This document shows positions 9,977-20,672 of a stretch of 64,000 nucleotides of DNA, piece after piece. Under the pieces are notes generated by a model that was not told where the DNA came from, ran no database searches, and was given only the letters and a program-made list of their open reading frames with translations. The position numbers and the translations under genes are program-made. This DNA comes from Planctomycetota bacterium. GTDB lineage: Bacteria > Planctomycetota > GCA-002687715 > CAIWVZ01. Location: NCBI GenBank assembly GCA_044222185.1, contig JBGANV010000014.1, positions 9,361 through 73,360 on the forward strand, read 5' to 3'. Within the stretch, counting starts at the first letter, position 1. Every line of letters begins with the position of its first letter.

Positions 9977-12256
9977 ATGAGTTCTGCACGGGTCGTTCTC
10001 GCCGTGATGTGTCTCGCCGCGTTCGGTGTCGCGGTGTGGCTCGTCTCCGACTCGATGCGGACCACCGCGGCGGTCAATCCGATCGCGGTGGACGGAGGCA
10101 TCACGACGCCCAGGCCAGTCACCGCGGTCGATCGTCCAGGCGGCGGCGACTCCTCGTTGCGCCCGGTCGTCAGGCCCGTGCCGTTCGCGGCGGCGCAGGA
10201 CCCCGAGGCCGCGAGTGTTGCGGAGAGTGCCCCCGCAGCGAATCCCAACGATCTCGCCATCGTCGTGACCGTCGTGACGTTCGACGGCATGCCGGCGGCG
10301 CATGCGGCCGTGACGTTCCGCACGCGACGGCGCGGAGCCGGGGTCATGGAGACCCGAAGGACGTCGGACGTGGGTGTCGTCGTGTTCGGCCCGTGGACGC
10401 AGCGCAGCGGTCCCGACCTCGATGACGTCGTCACGATCGAGTCGGTGTCGGCGCCAGCACCGACGTCCCGTGTCGAGGGCGTGCTCCGCGACCTCCACGC
10501 GACGGGCGTGATCCTGCGCCTGCCGCCGACGGGAACGGTCGTCGTCAACGTTCAATCCTCGGAGCCCGGGCCGCGATCCGCGTCGGTCGGGCTGCGGCGC
10601 CTCGGCGAGTTCGTGCCCAAGGATGCGGGCGGCGAAACCCAACGGGCAAACGACGGCGGCGTCGCGGTGTTTCCCTTCGTACCCCTGAACGCGGTGTTTG
10701 CGGTGACCGTCGATCTGGAAGGCTTCGACACTCCGCCGCGCAAAGCCGTGGGCCCCACCGCCGCGGGCGAATCGGTCACGATCGACGTACCCGTCGGACC
10801 GAGGCTTCACGTCGTGCGCGCCCGGATCCTCTCGGGCGATGGAAAGCCCCTTTCGTCCGCGTTCATCCGAATCGAGGGCGGGGCGTCCGACAACGCGACC
10901 AAGTGGGCCGAGCTCGGCGACGGGACGACGGGCGAGAATGGAGAGCTCGACTGCCTGTTGCGAGCCGAGCCGATGTCAGGGGCGGCCGAGCTGAGGTTCA
11001 GTCGGATCGAGCGCGGTGACGCCGTGGCGGCCGCGAACGTTCGCCTGCCCGATCCGCTCCCACCGTCGACGATCGACGCGGGCGACGTCAGGCTTCGCGA
11101 GGCGCCCGTCGGGGCCGAGGGCATCGTCGTGACGGAGGACGGCCGCCCGGCCCAGGACGTCGCGCTCGAGCTCTTCATGCGAAAACCATCGGCGAAGAAA
11201 CCTGTCGACTGGGTTCCGTCGGGCCGTGTCATGGGCCGCTCCGGCGCCGATGGCCGATTTCAGCTACGCGGGGTCCTCGCCGGCATCGACGCGAGCATCG
11301 AGCTCGCGCTGGGAGTTCGCGATGCCGTCCTGGTGAACCCCGAGCCCGTTGCGTTCCGCCTCGGCGCGCGCGACCTCCGACTCGTCGTCGCCGTCGGTGC
11401 CGGAATCGCAGGTCGAATCGTTCTCCCGGCGACCTGGAGCGGCGAGGAGTTGGCCGTGACGCTCGAAGCGGGCGGCGAAGGCGGGCGATCGCTCCCCATC
11501 CGGATCGACACCGACGGGAACTTCGACGATCGGACGGTGCCCCGCATGCAAGGGTCGTTCGTGATCCGCCATCCGCGGAAGGGTGGCGACGTCGTACGAC
11601 GGTTCGATGGGGTCACGATCTCGGCCGATGCCACGGATCCGAGGCTGCGGGAGATTCACCTCTCGGAGACCTGCCTGCTCGTCGCCGTGCGCGCGCGGGC
11701 GCCCGACGGCAGCCCCGTGAACCGGTTCCACGTGGCCGAACTGGATGGGTCCGCGCCGAAAGGCTCGGCACCGAGGTACCCCGCGGCCCGCCCGGTCGGC
11801 GAGGTTCACCTGGCATTTCCCGACCGTGCGCCGCGATCCCTCCTCGTCGAAGCGGAGGGGTTCCGCTCGATCCGGCTCGATGGAGTGGTCTCCGACTGCG
11901 ACGTCGCGCTTCAGGCCGGCCTGCCGGTCGCGTGCGAGGCCGCCGGGATTCCCGAGTTGGGTTCCGACGCCGTCGTCACCGCCGAGTTCACGTCCGAGTC
12001 GAGCGCGTCGCCGATCGACGCGCGTGTCGCTCGCGATGGCTCCTTCTCCTGTGACCTGCCGAGCGCGGGGCCGTGGCGCATCCACCTGGCAGCATCCGCC
12101 GGCAAACCCGGTTTCTCGACCGAGCTCGCGGGCCCGTTCCAGATCCACGTGAAGGACGTGACCGAAGCACAACGCTTTCACGTGACGCTGAGCGTCGCGG
12201 ATCGCGCGATCCTGCAGCGATCGGTCGCCGCCGTGCGGGCGAAGCTCGCGAAATAG
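9977..12256 (+). CDS. Tandem paralogue of 7264-9876 (carboxypeptidase-regulatory-like repeats)
   Basis: N-terminal TM. Shares GEVHLAF..R.PR.L, GPT.AG..V.VDV..GPR and DPRL segments with the upstream gene. Confidence 0.75.
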   Translation: MSSARVVLAVMCLAAFGVAVWLVSDSMRTTAAVNPIAVDGGITTPRPVTAVDRPGGGDSSLRPVVRPVPFAAAQDPEAASVAESAPAANPNDLAIVVTVVTFDGMPAAHAAVTFRTRRRGAGVMETRRTSDVGVVVFGPWTQRSGPDLDDVVTIESVSAPAPTSRVEGVLRDLHATGVILRLPPTGTVVVNVQSSEPGPRSASVGLRRLGEFVPKDAGGETQRANDGGVAVFPFVPLNAVFAVTVDLEGFDTPPRKAVGPTAAGESVTIDVPVGPRLHVVRARILSGDGKPLSSAFIRIEGGASDNATKWAELGDGTTGENGELDCLLRAEPMSGAAELRFSRIERGDAVAAANVRLPDPLPPSTIDAGDVRLREAPVGAEGIVVTEDGRPAQDVALELFMRKPSAKKPVDWVPSGRVMGRSGADGRFQLRGVLAGIDASIELALGVRDAVLVNPEPVAFRLGARDLRLVVAVGAGIAGRIVLPATWSGEELAVTLEAGGEGGRSLPIRIDTDGNFDDRTVPRMQGSFVIRHPRKGGDVVRRFDGVTISADATDPRLREIHLSETCLLVAVRARAPDGSPVNRFHVAELDGSAPKGSAPRYPAARPVGEVHLAFPDRAPRSLLVEAEGFRSIRLDGVVSDCDVALQAGLPVACEAAGIPELGSDAVVTAEFTSESSASPIDARVARDGSFSCDLPSAGPWRIHLAASAGKPGFSTELAGPFQIHVKDVTEAQRFHVTLSVADRAILQRSVAAVRAKLAK

Positions 12257-12273
12257 GCGGCGCCCGGCCTCGG

Positions 12274-13032
12274 TCAGTCACCCATCCCCATGCGGTAGCC
12301 GCCCGCGACGTCCAGGTTCACACCAGTGACGTAGCTCGACGGATCCAGGAGGAAGAGCGCCGCCTTCGCGATGTCGTCGAGCGTGCCGGGACGGCGGAGC
12401 GGAATGACGTGGGCCGGATCGGGCGGCAGGTCCACGGAGTTCTCGAGCTGGCCCGGCGAGATCATGTTCACGCGGATGTTCCGCGGTGCGAGGCTCTTCG
12501 CGAATGCCTTCGTCGCGAGGCAGAGCGCGAGCTTGGTCGCCTGGTAGGCCGGCGCGCGCATGGACGTGGCGAGGTGGGTCACGCCGGCGTAGCCGAGGTT
12601 GATGACGGCGCCGCCAGTCGGCGGAAACAACTCGATCGCGCGCCTGATGATGGTGATCGGAGCCACGAGGTTCGCTTCGAGAAGGTCGCGCCACTCCCTC
12701 TCGCTCGTCTCCTCGATGGGTTTCACGAGGTAGTTGCCCACGTTGTTGACGACGATCGAGAGACGATCCGTTTCGCGACGGATCGTCGCCATCATCCCAT
12801 CGATCGAGTCCTCCCGGAGGAAGTCGGCGGAGACGCACCACGCGCGGCGGCCCATGCCGCGGATGGCCGCAGCGACGGTTTCGGCCTCGGACTTCGACGT
12901 GTGGTAGTGGACGACGACGTCGGCGCCCGCTCCGGCCAACGCGAACGCCAGGTGTCGCCCGAGACGCTTCGCGGCGCCCGTGACCAGTGCGACCTGCCCC
13001 GTGAGCAGACCACTGCTCGAGCGGTCGCTCAC
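12274..13032 (-). CDS. SDR oxidoreductase, pteridine reductase (PTR1/FolM-like)
   Basis: TGAAKRLG nucleotide-binding motif typical of pteridine reductases, VVVHY, NNVG and catalytic YQATK; 4-nt overlap with folB. Confidence 0.85.
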   Translation of the reverse strand: MSDRSSSGLLTGQVALVTGAAKRLGRHLAFALAGAGADVVVHYHTSKSEAETVAAAIRGMGRRAWCVSADFLREDSIDGMMATIRRETDRLSIVVNNVGNYLVKPIEETSEREWRDLLEANLVAPITIIRRAIELFPPTGGAVINLGYAGVTHLATSMRAPAYQATKLALCLATKAFAKSLAPRNIRVNMISPGQLENSVDLPPDPAHVIPLRRPGTLDDIAKAALFLLDPSSYVTGVNLDVAGGYRMGMGD

Positions 13033-13382
13033 GGCCGGCGCTCCACGTACACGGCGGGCCAGTTCGCCCGCGGCACGGCGCCGGGCTTCATGATCTTCAA
13101 GCCGACGCGCGCCGCCGCGAACTCACGGATGACGAGTGCGGCCCCTTCCTCCGCGAACGTCTCGAGAAGCTTGTACTTCCGCGTCTTCGCGAGGTTCGTC
13201 AACGCGTCCGCGAGGTGGACGTAGTCGACCGTGTCCTTCACGTGATCGCTCATCGCCGCTGCGGCGAAGTCCCGATCGAGCGCGCAGTCCACGATGAGGG
13301 TCTGCTCCTTCACGCGCTCGTGAGGATAGATCCCGATGACGCAGTCGATCTTGAGGCCTTCGATGAAGATCGTGCCGATCAT
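13029..13382 (-). CDS. folB: Dihydroneopterin aldolase
   Basis: IFIEGL...IGIYPHER..EQ, DTVDY, LLE and KP.A motifs; 117 aa. Confidence 0.93.
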   Translation of the reverse strand: MIGTIFIEGLKIDCVIGIYPHERVKEQTLIVDCALDRDFAAAAMSDHVKDTVDYVHLADALTNLAKTRKYKLLETFAEEGAALVIREFAAARVGLKIMKPGAVPRANWPAVYVERRP

Positions 13383-14440
13383 GTCGGTCTCCTGAGCAGG
13401 CCGCGCGCGGTGGCTTCATCCAACGCGATGCGGGTCGGTTGATTCAGTCGCAGCTTCAGGGCTTCGTCGATCGTGACCCACCGCGCTTCTTCCAGTTCGT
13501 AGTTCGGCTTCAGCTTCGACGGATCGACGGCATGGGAAACGTAGTTGATGAGGAGGAAGTGGCGCTTCTGCAGGAACTCGGGGGACTCGATGCAGTCCTG
13601 GATCATGAGCATCGTCGAGTTCCGCACGTCGAGGCCCGTCTCCTCGCGAATCTCGCGCTCGTAGGCGGCGAGCATCGTTTCGCCGTACTCGATCTTGCCC
13701 CCGGGGATTCCGAACGTGTCCGACCATTTCCGCGTCCGCACGAGGAGGATGCGTCCGTCGGGATGGACGACGATGCCGCCCACGGTCGGAATGACGAGCT
13801 TCTGCGTCTGGTACATCCACTCGCGATCGAGGGCGTTGACGACGTCGCGCACAGACCCGAACGCGTAGTCGGGGGACGCGGCCGACAGTTTCGATCGGCT
13901 CGTGTACCCGTAGAGCGCAGCGCCGGCGCGGACACCGGCGATCCGCGCCGCCTCCAGATCGTGGAGCGTGTCGCCCACGTACAGAGTTTCGTCGCGGACG
14001 AGCCCGTGGTCCGTGAGCATCCGGGGGAGGACGCCGCGTTTGTCCGAAGCACCACCGTGGATCTTCGTGAACACGTCGGCGAGCCCCCGCGATCGCAACG
14101 TCCGCTCGAGGATCTCCGTCGGCACCGTCGAGAGGATGAACAGCCTGATGCCGCGGGTCACGCATCCGTGGAGGAGCGCGTGGACTCCGTCGAAGAGCGG
14201 CGCCGAGTCGACGTGTTGGGCATAACGGCGGAAGAACTCGGCGTCGATGTCGCCGATGGAGACGCCCGGAAGCCGCGACGCGTAGAAACCCTCGACCGGG
14301 ATCCGGAAGTCGCGGCGGTACGTCTCCAGGTCGACGGCTCGACCACCGAAGCGGACGAGCGTGTCGTTCGTCGCCGCCAGTGTGACCGTGATGTCGTCGG
14401 CCAGCGTGCCGGCCCAATCCAGTACGACTGATGAGATCAA
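13379..14440 (-). CDS. HAD-family phosphatase fused to a C-terminal Nudix hydrolase
   Basis: HAD motif I (DWAGTL), motif II (ILST) and motif IV (YVGDTLHD), followed by a complete Nudix box GKIEYGETMLAAYEREIREETGL. Likely TTG start at 14440 after an AGGAG RBS; ATGA-type overlap with folB. Confidence 0.88.
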   Translation of the reverse strand: MISSVVLDWAGTLADDITVTLAATNDTLVRFGGRAVDLETYRRDFRIPVEGFYASRLPGVSIGDIDAEFFRRYAQHVDSAPLFDGVHALLHGCVTRGIRLFILSTVPTEILERTLRSRGLADVFTKIHGGASDKRGVLPRMLTDHGLVRDETLYVGDTLHDLEAARIAGVRAGAALYGYTSRSKLSAASPDYAFGSVRDVVNALDREWMYQTQKLVIPTVGGIVVHPDGRILLVRTRKWSDTFGIPGGKIEYGETMLAAYEREIREETGLDVRNSTMLMIQDCIESPEFLQKRHFLLINYVSHAVDPSKLKPNYELEEARWVTIDEALKLRLNQPTRIALDEATARGLLRRPT

Positions 14441-14782
14441 CGAGACTCCTGCGTGGGTCGGGCACGCTAGCACGATCGCGGATCGGCGGCAGGGGGCTCG
14501 GCGGACGCGGTCGATCGAAACGGTCGAGCCCGGTGGCCTCGCTTGCGGCGAGCTCGGTGCCAGAAACGCGTGACGAAAACGCGGAGCGCGGCTCGCGATC
14601 CTCGCACCATTCCGGTGGACATCTGGTTTTGGCGACGCCGCGGATCGGCCGAGCGCGATCGGCGAAACGCGTCGCCGGGTCGCGGAGGACGGGGTGTCAG
14701 CCCTCCTTCACGCTCGTGGTGCGGATCGAGTCCTGGATCGTCCGAGCGCCGGCATTACCATTCGAGCCCCGACACCGCGCCC

Positions 14783-15688
14783 ATGGATCACCACCGCCTC
14801 ACCAACCTTCAAGCGCTCGAAGACGAGGCCATCCACGTCTTTCGCGAGGTGGTGGCCGAGTGCGAGCGTCCCGTGATGCTCTACTCCGCCGGCAAGGATT
14901 CGAGCGTGATGCTGCGGCTCGCGCAGAAGGCATTTCGTCCGGGCCGCATTCCGTTTCCGTTGCTCCACGTCGACACGGGCTTCAAGTTCGCCGAGATGTA
15001 CGCGTTCCGTGACCGTGTCGCGGCGGAGGCGGGCGTCCAACTCCTCGTGCACCGGAATGAGGCGGCCATCGCGAACGGAACGAATCCGTGGGAGCTGGGG
15101 ACCTCGGCGTGCTGTGCGTTGCTGAAGACGAGAGCCCTCCTCGATGCACTCACCCGACACGGCTTCACCGCCGCGTTCGGTGGAGCGCGGCGCGACGAGG
15201 AGAAGTCGCGGGCGAAGGAGCGCGTCTACTCGTTTCGGGATGTGCGCGGTCAGTGGGACCCCCGCAACCAGGGGCCCGAGCTGTGGAACCTCTACAACGG
15301 ACGGGTCAACGCCGGCGAGACCGTGCGGGTCTTCCCGCTTTCGAACTGGACCGAGATCGACGTGTGGCACTACATCCACCGCGAGGCGATCGACGTGGTT
15401 CCGATGTACTTCGCCAGACCGCGCGCCGTGTTCGAACGTGGCGCGCAGCTCATCCCCGCCGAACTGGTTCATCCGTCGGTGAAGGATGAACGGCCGTCCA
15501 TGGTCGTGTGTCGCTTCCGAAGCCTCGGCTGCATCCCTTGCACGGGTGCCGTGCGGTCGGCGGCGTCGACGGTCCCCGAGATCATCCTCGAGCTGGCCTC
15601 GACGCGGAGCTCGGAGCGGATGAACCGTCTCATCGATCACGACACGGACGCGTCCATGGAGCAGAAGAAACGCGAGGGCTACTTTTGA
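14783..15688 (+). CDS. cysD: Sulfate adenylyltransferase subunit 2
   Basis: [47 protein letters not shown] and C-terminal KKREGYF. Confidence 0.97.
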   Translation: MDHHRLTNLQALEDEAIHVFREVVAECERPVMLYSAGKDSSVMLRLAQKAFRPGRIPFPLLHVDTGFKFAEMYAFRDRVAAEAGVQLLVHRNEAAIANGTNPWELGTSACCALLKTRALLDALTRHGFTAAFGGARRDEEKSRAKERVYSFRDVRGQWDPRNQGPELWNLYNGRVNAGETVRVFPLSNWTEIDVWHYIHREAIDVVPMYFARPRAVFERGAQLIPAELVHPSVKDERPSMVVCRFRSLGCIPCTGAVRSAASTVPEIILELASTRSSERMNRLIDHDTDASMEQKKREGYF

Positions 15689-17589
15689 CGGACGCCGGGC
15701 GGATGCTGCGGCGATTCTCCGAGGCCGACCTCCTGCGAATCGCGTCGGCGGGGAGCGTGGATGACGGGAAGTCCACGTTGCTCGGACGACTCCTGCACGA
15801 TGCGCGAGCGATCCACGACGATCAGCTCGCCCGCGTGGAGGAGGCGTCGCTGCGCATCGGCGGCTCGAAGATCGATTACGCCTTCGTCCTCGACGGGCTG
15901 AAGGCGGAGCGCGAGCAGGGGATCACCATCGACGTCGCCTATCGCTCGTTCGCCACCGAACGGCGTCGCTTCCTCATCGCGGATACCCCCGGCCACGAGC
16001 AGTACACCCGGAACATGGTCACGGCGGCGTCGACGGCCGATCTGGCACTTCTCCTCGTCGACGCGCGGTCCGGCGTCCGTGACCAAACGAAGCGGCATGC
16101 GTATCTGGCGTCGCTCCTGGGGATCCGCCACTTCGTCGTCGTGGTGAACAAGATGGACCTGGTCGGATACGCAGAGGACGCTTTCGAGCGCATCCGCACC
16201 GAGTTCTCCGACTTCGCGGAGCGCCTCCAGGTTCCCGACGTGACCTTCATCCCGGCGAGCGCGATCCACGGAGAGAACGTCGTGGCGTCGGCGCCGTCCA
16301 TGCCGTGGTATGGGGGACTCACGCTGCTGAAGCAGCTCGAATCCGCCTATGCGCCGGGTGCGAGGAACCTGGTGGACCTGCGCCTCCCCGTGCAGTGCGT
16401 GATCCGCGCCGGCGATGAACTCCGCCGCTACGCCGGGCAGCTCGCGTCGGGTGTGGTCAGCGTCGGTGATCCGATCGTCGTCCTGCCGTCGGGGCGCGCG
16501 TCACGCGTGCGGTCCATCGAGACGTCCGCCGGTTCTGCCCAGGTTGCGTTCGCCGGCCAGTCGGTGGCGGTCACGCTTGCCGACGAGATCGACGTAGGGC
16601 GCGGCGACGTGCTCGTGGGCGCCGCGGATCCGCCGGCCGTCACCTCCGAGATCGATGCCGATCTCGTGTGGCTTTGTGATCGCCCGCTCGATCCAGCGCG
16701 CACGTACGTGATCAAACACGGCACCTGCGTCACCCGCGCGCAGATCGGTCGACCCGAGTCTCGCGTCGATCCTCTCGAGCTTCGCCATGAGGCGGCTGCG
16801 AGCCTCGCGCTCAACGACGTGGGGCGCGTGCGCCTCGAGACCGTGCGACCCCTCGTCGTCGATGCCTACCGGCGCATCCGCGGGACGGGCAGCTTCATCG
16901 TCATCGATCCGACGACGAACGTGACGATCGCCGCGGGACTGATCGTCGATCCGCGGGCCCGGTCGTCCGCGCGCGTCGACGGCGCGCAGCCCGTGAGCCG
17001 CAACATCACGCCGACGTCGGGGCAGGTGACGCGCGACGAGCGCCGGCGCCTTCACGGCCAGAGCGCCGTCACGGTCTGGTTCACGGGCCTCAGCAGCTCC
17101 GGCAAGTCGACGCTCGCCTACGCGCTCGAACGCCGACTCGTGTCCGACGGTCGCCCCTGCTTCGTCCTCGACGGCGACAACCTGCGGCACGGTCTCAACC
17201 GCGACCTGGGCTTCAGCCCTGAAGACCGCCGGGAGAACATCCGCCGCGCCGCCGAAGTCGCCGCCCTGTTCAACGAGGCCGGTGTGATCGCGATCACGGC
17301 GTTCATTTCCCCCTATCGCGCCGATCGCGAATCGGCGCGCGCCGTCGTCGGCGCCGGCCGCTTCGTCGAGGTGTTCGTCGATGCGCCACTGGCCGTCTGC
17401 GAAGAGCGCGATCCGAAGGGTCTCTATCGGAAGGCCCGGGCCGGCCAGATTCCCGAGTTCACGGGAGTCACGGCGCCGTACGAGGCTCCGCTCGACCCCG
17501 CGGTCCACGTCGAGACTCACCGCTCGACGACGACCGAGGGCGTCGATCGCATCGTCGCTCATCTGCGCGCCATTGGCGTGTTCCCGTAG
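15685..17589 (+). CDS. cysNC: Bifunctional sulfate adenylyltransferase subunit 1 / APS kinase
   Basis: [29 protein letters not shown] and NKMD GTPase motifs, then APS kinase [20 protein letters not shown] and RDPKGLY. Start is TTG 15685 (overlapping the cysD stop) or ATG 15703. Confidence 0.96.
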   Translation: MTDAGRMLRRFSEADLLRIASAGSVDDGKSTLLGRLLHDARAIHDDQLARVEEASLRIGGSKIDYAFVLDGLKAEREQGITIDVAYRSFATERRRFLIADTPGHEQYTRNMVTAASTADLALLLVDARSGVRDQTKRHAYLASLLGIRHFVVVVNKMDLVGYAEDAFERIRTEFSDFAERLQVPDVTFIPASAIHGENVVASAPSMPWYGGLTLLKQLESAYAPGARNLVDLRLPVQCVIRAGDELRRYAGQLASGVVSVGDPIVVLPSGRASRVRSIETSAGSAQVAFAGQSVAVTLADEIDVGRGDVLVGAADPPAVTSEIDADLVWLCDRPLDPARTYVIKHGTCVTRAQIGRPESRVDPLELRHEAAASLALNDVGRVRLETVRPLVVDAYRRIRGTGSFIVIDPTTNVTIAAGLIVDPRARSSARVDGAQPVSRNITPTSGQVTRDERRRLHGQSAVTVWFTGLSSSGKSTLAYALERRLVSDGRPCFVLDGDNLRHGLNRDLGFSPEDRRENIRRAAEVAALFNEAGVIAITAFISPYRADRESARAVVGAGRFVEVFVDAPLAVCEERDPKGLYRKARAGQIPEFTGVTAPYEAPLDPAVHVETHRSTTTEGVDRIVAHLRAIGVFP

Positions 17590-17807
17590 ACGGAGAGCGG
17601 CGGCGCGGCCACGGCCACGAGGCGTGCGGATGCGCACGGTGCGCCGACCGGCCGGGCGCAGCGACGGCGCGCCACGACTTGTCCCTGGGGCTTCCGCAGA
17701 GGGAAATGCGCGCACCGGTCGCCTGACGGGCCAACCGGCATGTCGGTTGCATGAGTTCGATTGATGCGCCGCCTTTGGCTGCCTTCGGGAGACTGTGCTC
17801 ATGTTCC

Positions 17808-20399
17808 ATGACCAGGCCGTCGTTGGCGTCAGGATCCGCGGGTGCGCGATCCTGGTCGCTCTCTCACGCGTTCGGGGTCGCAGGCGTCGGCGGCGGTCTC
17901 CTGAGTTACGGCCTGTCGACTGCGACCGGAACCGTCTATTCGCAACTCACGTTCGACGACGGCACCGGCCCGGCGTTGTACGTTGCGGGCGATTTCACCG
18001 TGGCGGGTGACGTCGCCGCCAACGGCATCGCGTGCCGCAAGAGCGGGAAATGGCAAGCCCTCGGGGCGGGGCCCGGCGGGCGCGTTTATTGCATGCTCGG
18101 ATTCAACGACGGAACAGGGCCTGCGTTGTACGCCGGCGGTGAGTTCGGCGTTGCGCGGTGGAACGGTTCAAGTTGGGCGACGCTCGTCGGACTGCCGGCC
18201 ACCGTCACGTGTCTGGCCGCCTTCGACGACGGCACGGGTAACGCGCTCTACGCGGCCCGGATGGACCCATGCTGCATCGGCATCGTCGCGCGCTACCAGG
18301 GTGGCGCCTGGACGATCGTCGGCAGTCTTTCGCTGCCCGGGTTCCAAGGTGGCTACGCGGCCACGATGGCTGGGTTCGACGATGGAAGCGGGCCCGCGCT
18401 CTACGTGGCTGGAGGCTTCTCGACCGTGTCGGGCGTGACCGCGCCGGGGATCGCACGGTGGAACGGTGCGACGTGGGCGCCAGTCGGTGCGCTGGTTCCT
18501 GGCGTGCTCCGCACGCTGGTCGTGTTCGACGACGGCACCGGCGCCGCGCTCTACCTCGGCTTGACCGGCGTCGGCGGTGCTCCAGGCCTGCGACGGTGGT
18601 CGCCGCCCACGTCAACCTGGGCCGCCCTACCCGCTGGGTTTCTGGGAGCGGTTGCGGGCCTGACGGTGTACCACGGACCTGCGTTCGCGCGCGGGCTGTA
18701 CGTCGCAGGGAACTTCGTCATCGGCGGGCCGGGCACGACGCCGGTGGCGAGGTGGAACGCGGGCACGGCGACGCCGCTGCCGATCACGACCGACGGCGCC
18801 GTCCGTTCGCTGGAGATCTTCGACGACGGGACGGGAACGTCGATGTTCGTGGGCGGGGCCTTCACGAAGGCGGGCGCGGTCGATGCCAGCAACCTCGCGC
18901 GCTGGAACGGCACGTCGGTGTTTCGTGTCGGTGCCGGTGTGAACGCACCTGCGACCGCGCTTCTCGTTCATGACGACGGCAGCGGCGCCGCGCTTTACGC
19001 GGGCGGCGAGTTCACGAGCATCACGTCCTCCTCCCAGGCCCACGTCGCGCGTTGGAATGGCAGCGCATGGGCGTCGCTCCAGTCCGGCGTGGACGGGCCC
19101 GTGCTCGCGCTCGCGGAGTTCAACGACGGTTCGGGTCTCGCCCTGTATGCGGGCGGACGTTTTGCGAACGCGGGCGGTGTCCCCGCGTCGAACGTCGCAC
19201 GCTGGAACGGCACGCAATGGTCCGCGCTCGGCAGTGGCGTCCAATTGCCCGGCAGCCCCGCGCTGGCCGAGGTGCGTGCGTTCTCCGTATTCAACGATGG
19301 CTCCGGCCCGGCGCTCTACGCGGCCGGCGACTTCACGATCGCGGGTGGGGTCACGGCGACGGGAATCGCCCGATGGAATGGCGGCGCGTGGAGCGCGGTG
19401 GGATCCGCGTCGACCGGGCCCGTATCCGCACTCGGTCAATTCGATGACGGGTCGGGGCTCGCGCTCTACGCCGGCGGGACCTTCACAACGTCAGGGGCAG
19501 GGGGAATCGCGTCCGTTGCCAGGTGGAACGGCTCACAGTGGTCGGCCGTGCCTGGCAACCCCCTTGCAGCGGGGACATTCAGCGTGCCGGCCGTGCGCGC
19601 GCTCACGACCTTCGACGACGGGACGGGTCCGGCCCTCTACGTCGGCGGTGAGTTCACGACGCCGCTCAACGGGGGAACCCAGAACGTGGCGCGCTGGAAT
19701 GGGGCACAGTGGCAAGGTCTGGGTGCCGGCCTGACGGGCGTCACCACGGCGACGGTGGCGCCGACGGTGGACGCGCTCGTGGTGCATGACGACGGCACGG
19801 GCCCGGCGCTCTACGCCGGTGGAAGGTTCAGTACGTCGGGCACTGCGACGACGTTCAACGACCTCGCGCGGTGGAGCGGTGCCGGTTGGCAACGCGTGCG
19901 CGGAGGCGTGCGCGGCACGAACGATCCGGTCGTTCACGCCCTGTGTTCGTTCAACGACGGTCCTGGCACGGCCCTCTTCGTCGGCGGCCGCTTCACCCTC
20001 GCCGACGGGATCGCGTCCGCCTACCTCGCGCGCTGGGCGTTGCCCCGCGCCGACCTGGCTTTCGTGCAGACCGGTGGTTCGGGGTCCCCGGTGATGGTGA
20101 ATCAACGGTTCCTCATCCCCGGTGCGGAGTACTACAACGTCTTCAGCTTCCAGCCGGCACCGCTCGGAGTCGGCACGGGACCGTTCGGCGGGCTGTATGC
20201 GAGCAATCCGGCGGCGTTGCTCGCCCAACTACAGATTCCGCTCGGCATCCTGCCGTTCCATTTCGTCGCGACGTCCACATCCGTGTCCATGGGTCCCTAT
20301 GCGCTGCCCGTCGGGACTCCGATCGAAGCGATCGACTTCCGCCTCGTCGGAGGTGCGCCCGGATGCCTGTCGCACGTCGTGGCGTATCTCGTGCAGTGA
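17808..20399 (+). CDS. Large beta-propeller-like repeat protein (FDDG.GPALY.GG.F...ARWNG..W repeats) with type II C-terminal domain
   Basis: More than 10 copies of a roughly 50-aa repeat. The last ~115 aa are homologous to the end of 25729-27102. The start is uncertain and no in-frame signal peptide is visible. Confidence 0.8.
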   Translation: MTRPSLASGSAGARSWSLSHAFGVAGVGGGLLSYGLSTATGTVYSQLTFDDGTGPALYVAGDFTVAGDVAANGIACRKSGKWQALGAGPGGRVYCMLGFNDGTGPALYAGGEFGVARWNGSSWATLVGLPATVTCLAAFDDGTGNALYAARMDPCCIGIVARYQGGAWTIVGSLSLPGFQGGYAATMAGFDDGSGPALYVAGGFSTVSGVTAPGIARWNGATWAPVGALVPGVLRTLVVFDDGTGAALYLGLTGVGGAPGLRRWSPPTSTWAALPAGFLGAVAGLTVYHGPAFARGLYVAGNFVIGGPGTTPVARWNAGTATPLPITTDGAVRSLEIFDDGTGTSMFVGGAFTKAGAVDASNLARWNGTSVFRVGAGVNAPATALLVHDDGSGAALYAGGEFTSITSSSQAHVARWNGSAWASLQSGVDGPVLALAEFNDGSGLALYAGGRFANAGGVPASNVARWNGTQWSALGSGVQLPGSPALAEVRAFSVFNDGSGPALYAAGDFTIAGGVTATGIARWNGGAWSAVGSASTGPVSALGQFDDGSGLALYAGGTFTTSGAGGIASVARWNGSQWSAVPGNPLAAGTFSVPAVRALTTFDDGTGPALYVGGEFTTPLNGGTQNVARWNGAQWQGLGAGLTGVTTATVAPTVDALVVHDDGTGPALYAGGRFSTSGTATTFNDLARWSGAGWQRVRGGVRGTNDPVVHALCSFNDGPGTALFVGGRFTLADGIASAYLARWALPRADLAFVQTGGSGSPVMVNQRFLIPGAEYYNVFSFQPAPLGVGTGPFGGLYASNPAALLAQLQIPLGILPFHFVATSTSVSMGPYALPVGTPIEAIDFRLVGGAPGCLSHVVAYLVQ

Positions 20400-20672
20400 T
20401 CGACCGACGCGGCCGCCCTCGACGGGGAGCCCGCGAGCGCCAGGTGCTCCGAGGATCTCCTCTCGATCGAGCGTGCCTGACTCAGGCCAGCGCGGATTCA
20501 CGGCAATCCACCTCGGATCGCGAGTCGCGGGCGCCGCGCGCTCGGGGTCATCGGTCGTGCCCCGACCCCGCCCCGAAAACTCCCGCTCGTGCTGGCGGCA
20601 CGCGGTTTCCCTGAGATGATGGCGGCGGCTCGGATCGACCCCGAGGCCAACTCGGGGAAGGAGGCTGCGGCC

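Noticed and set aside
13379-14440. Phosphonoacetaldehyde hydrolase (phnX), suggested by the DWAGT motif
   Set aside because: The cap region lacks the recognisable PhnX Schiff-base signature (MG..K..H), there is no phnW nearby, and the context is pterin metabolism.
20401-20557. Nested inverted repeats after the propeller gene as an ncRNA
   Set aside because: Short GC-rich stems with no second copy in the window and no recognisable family.
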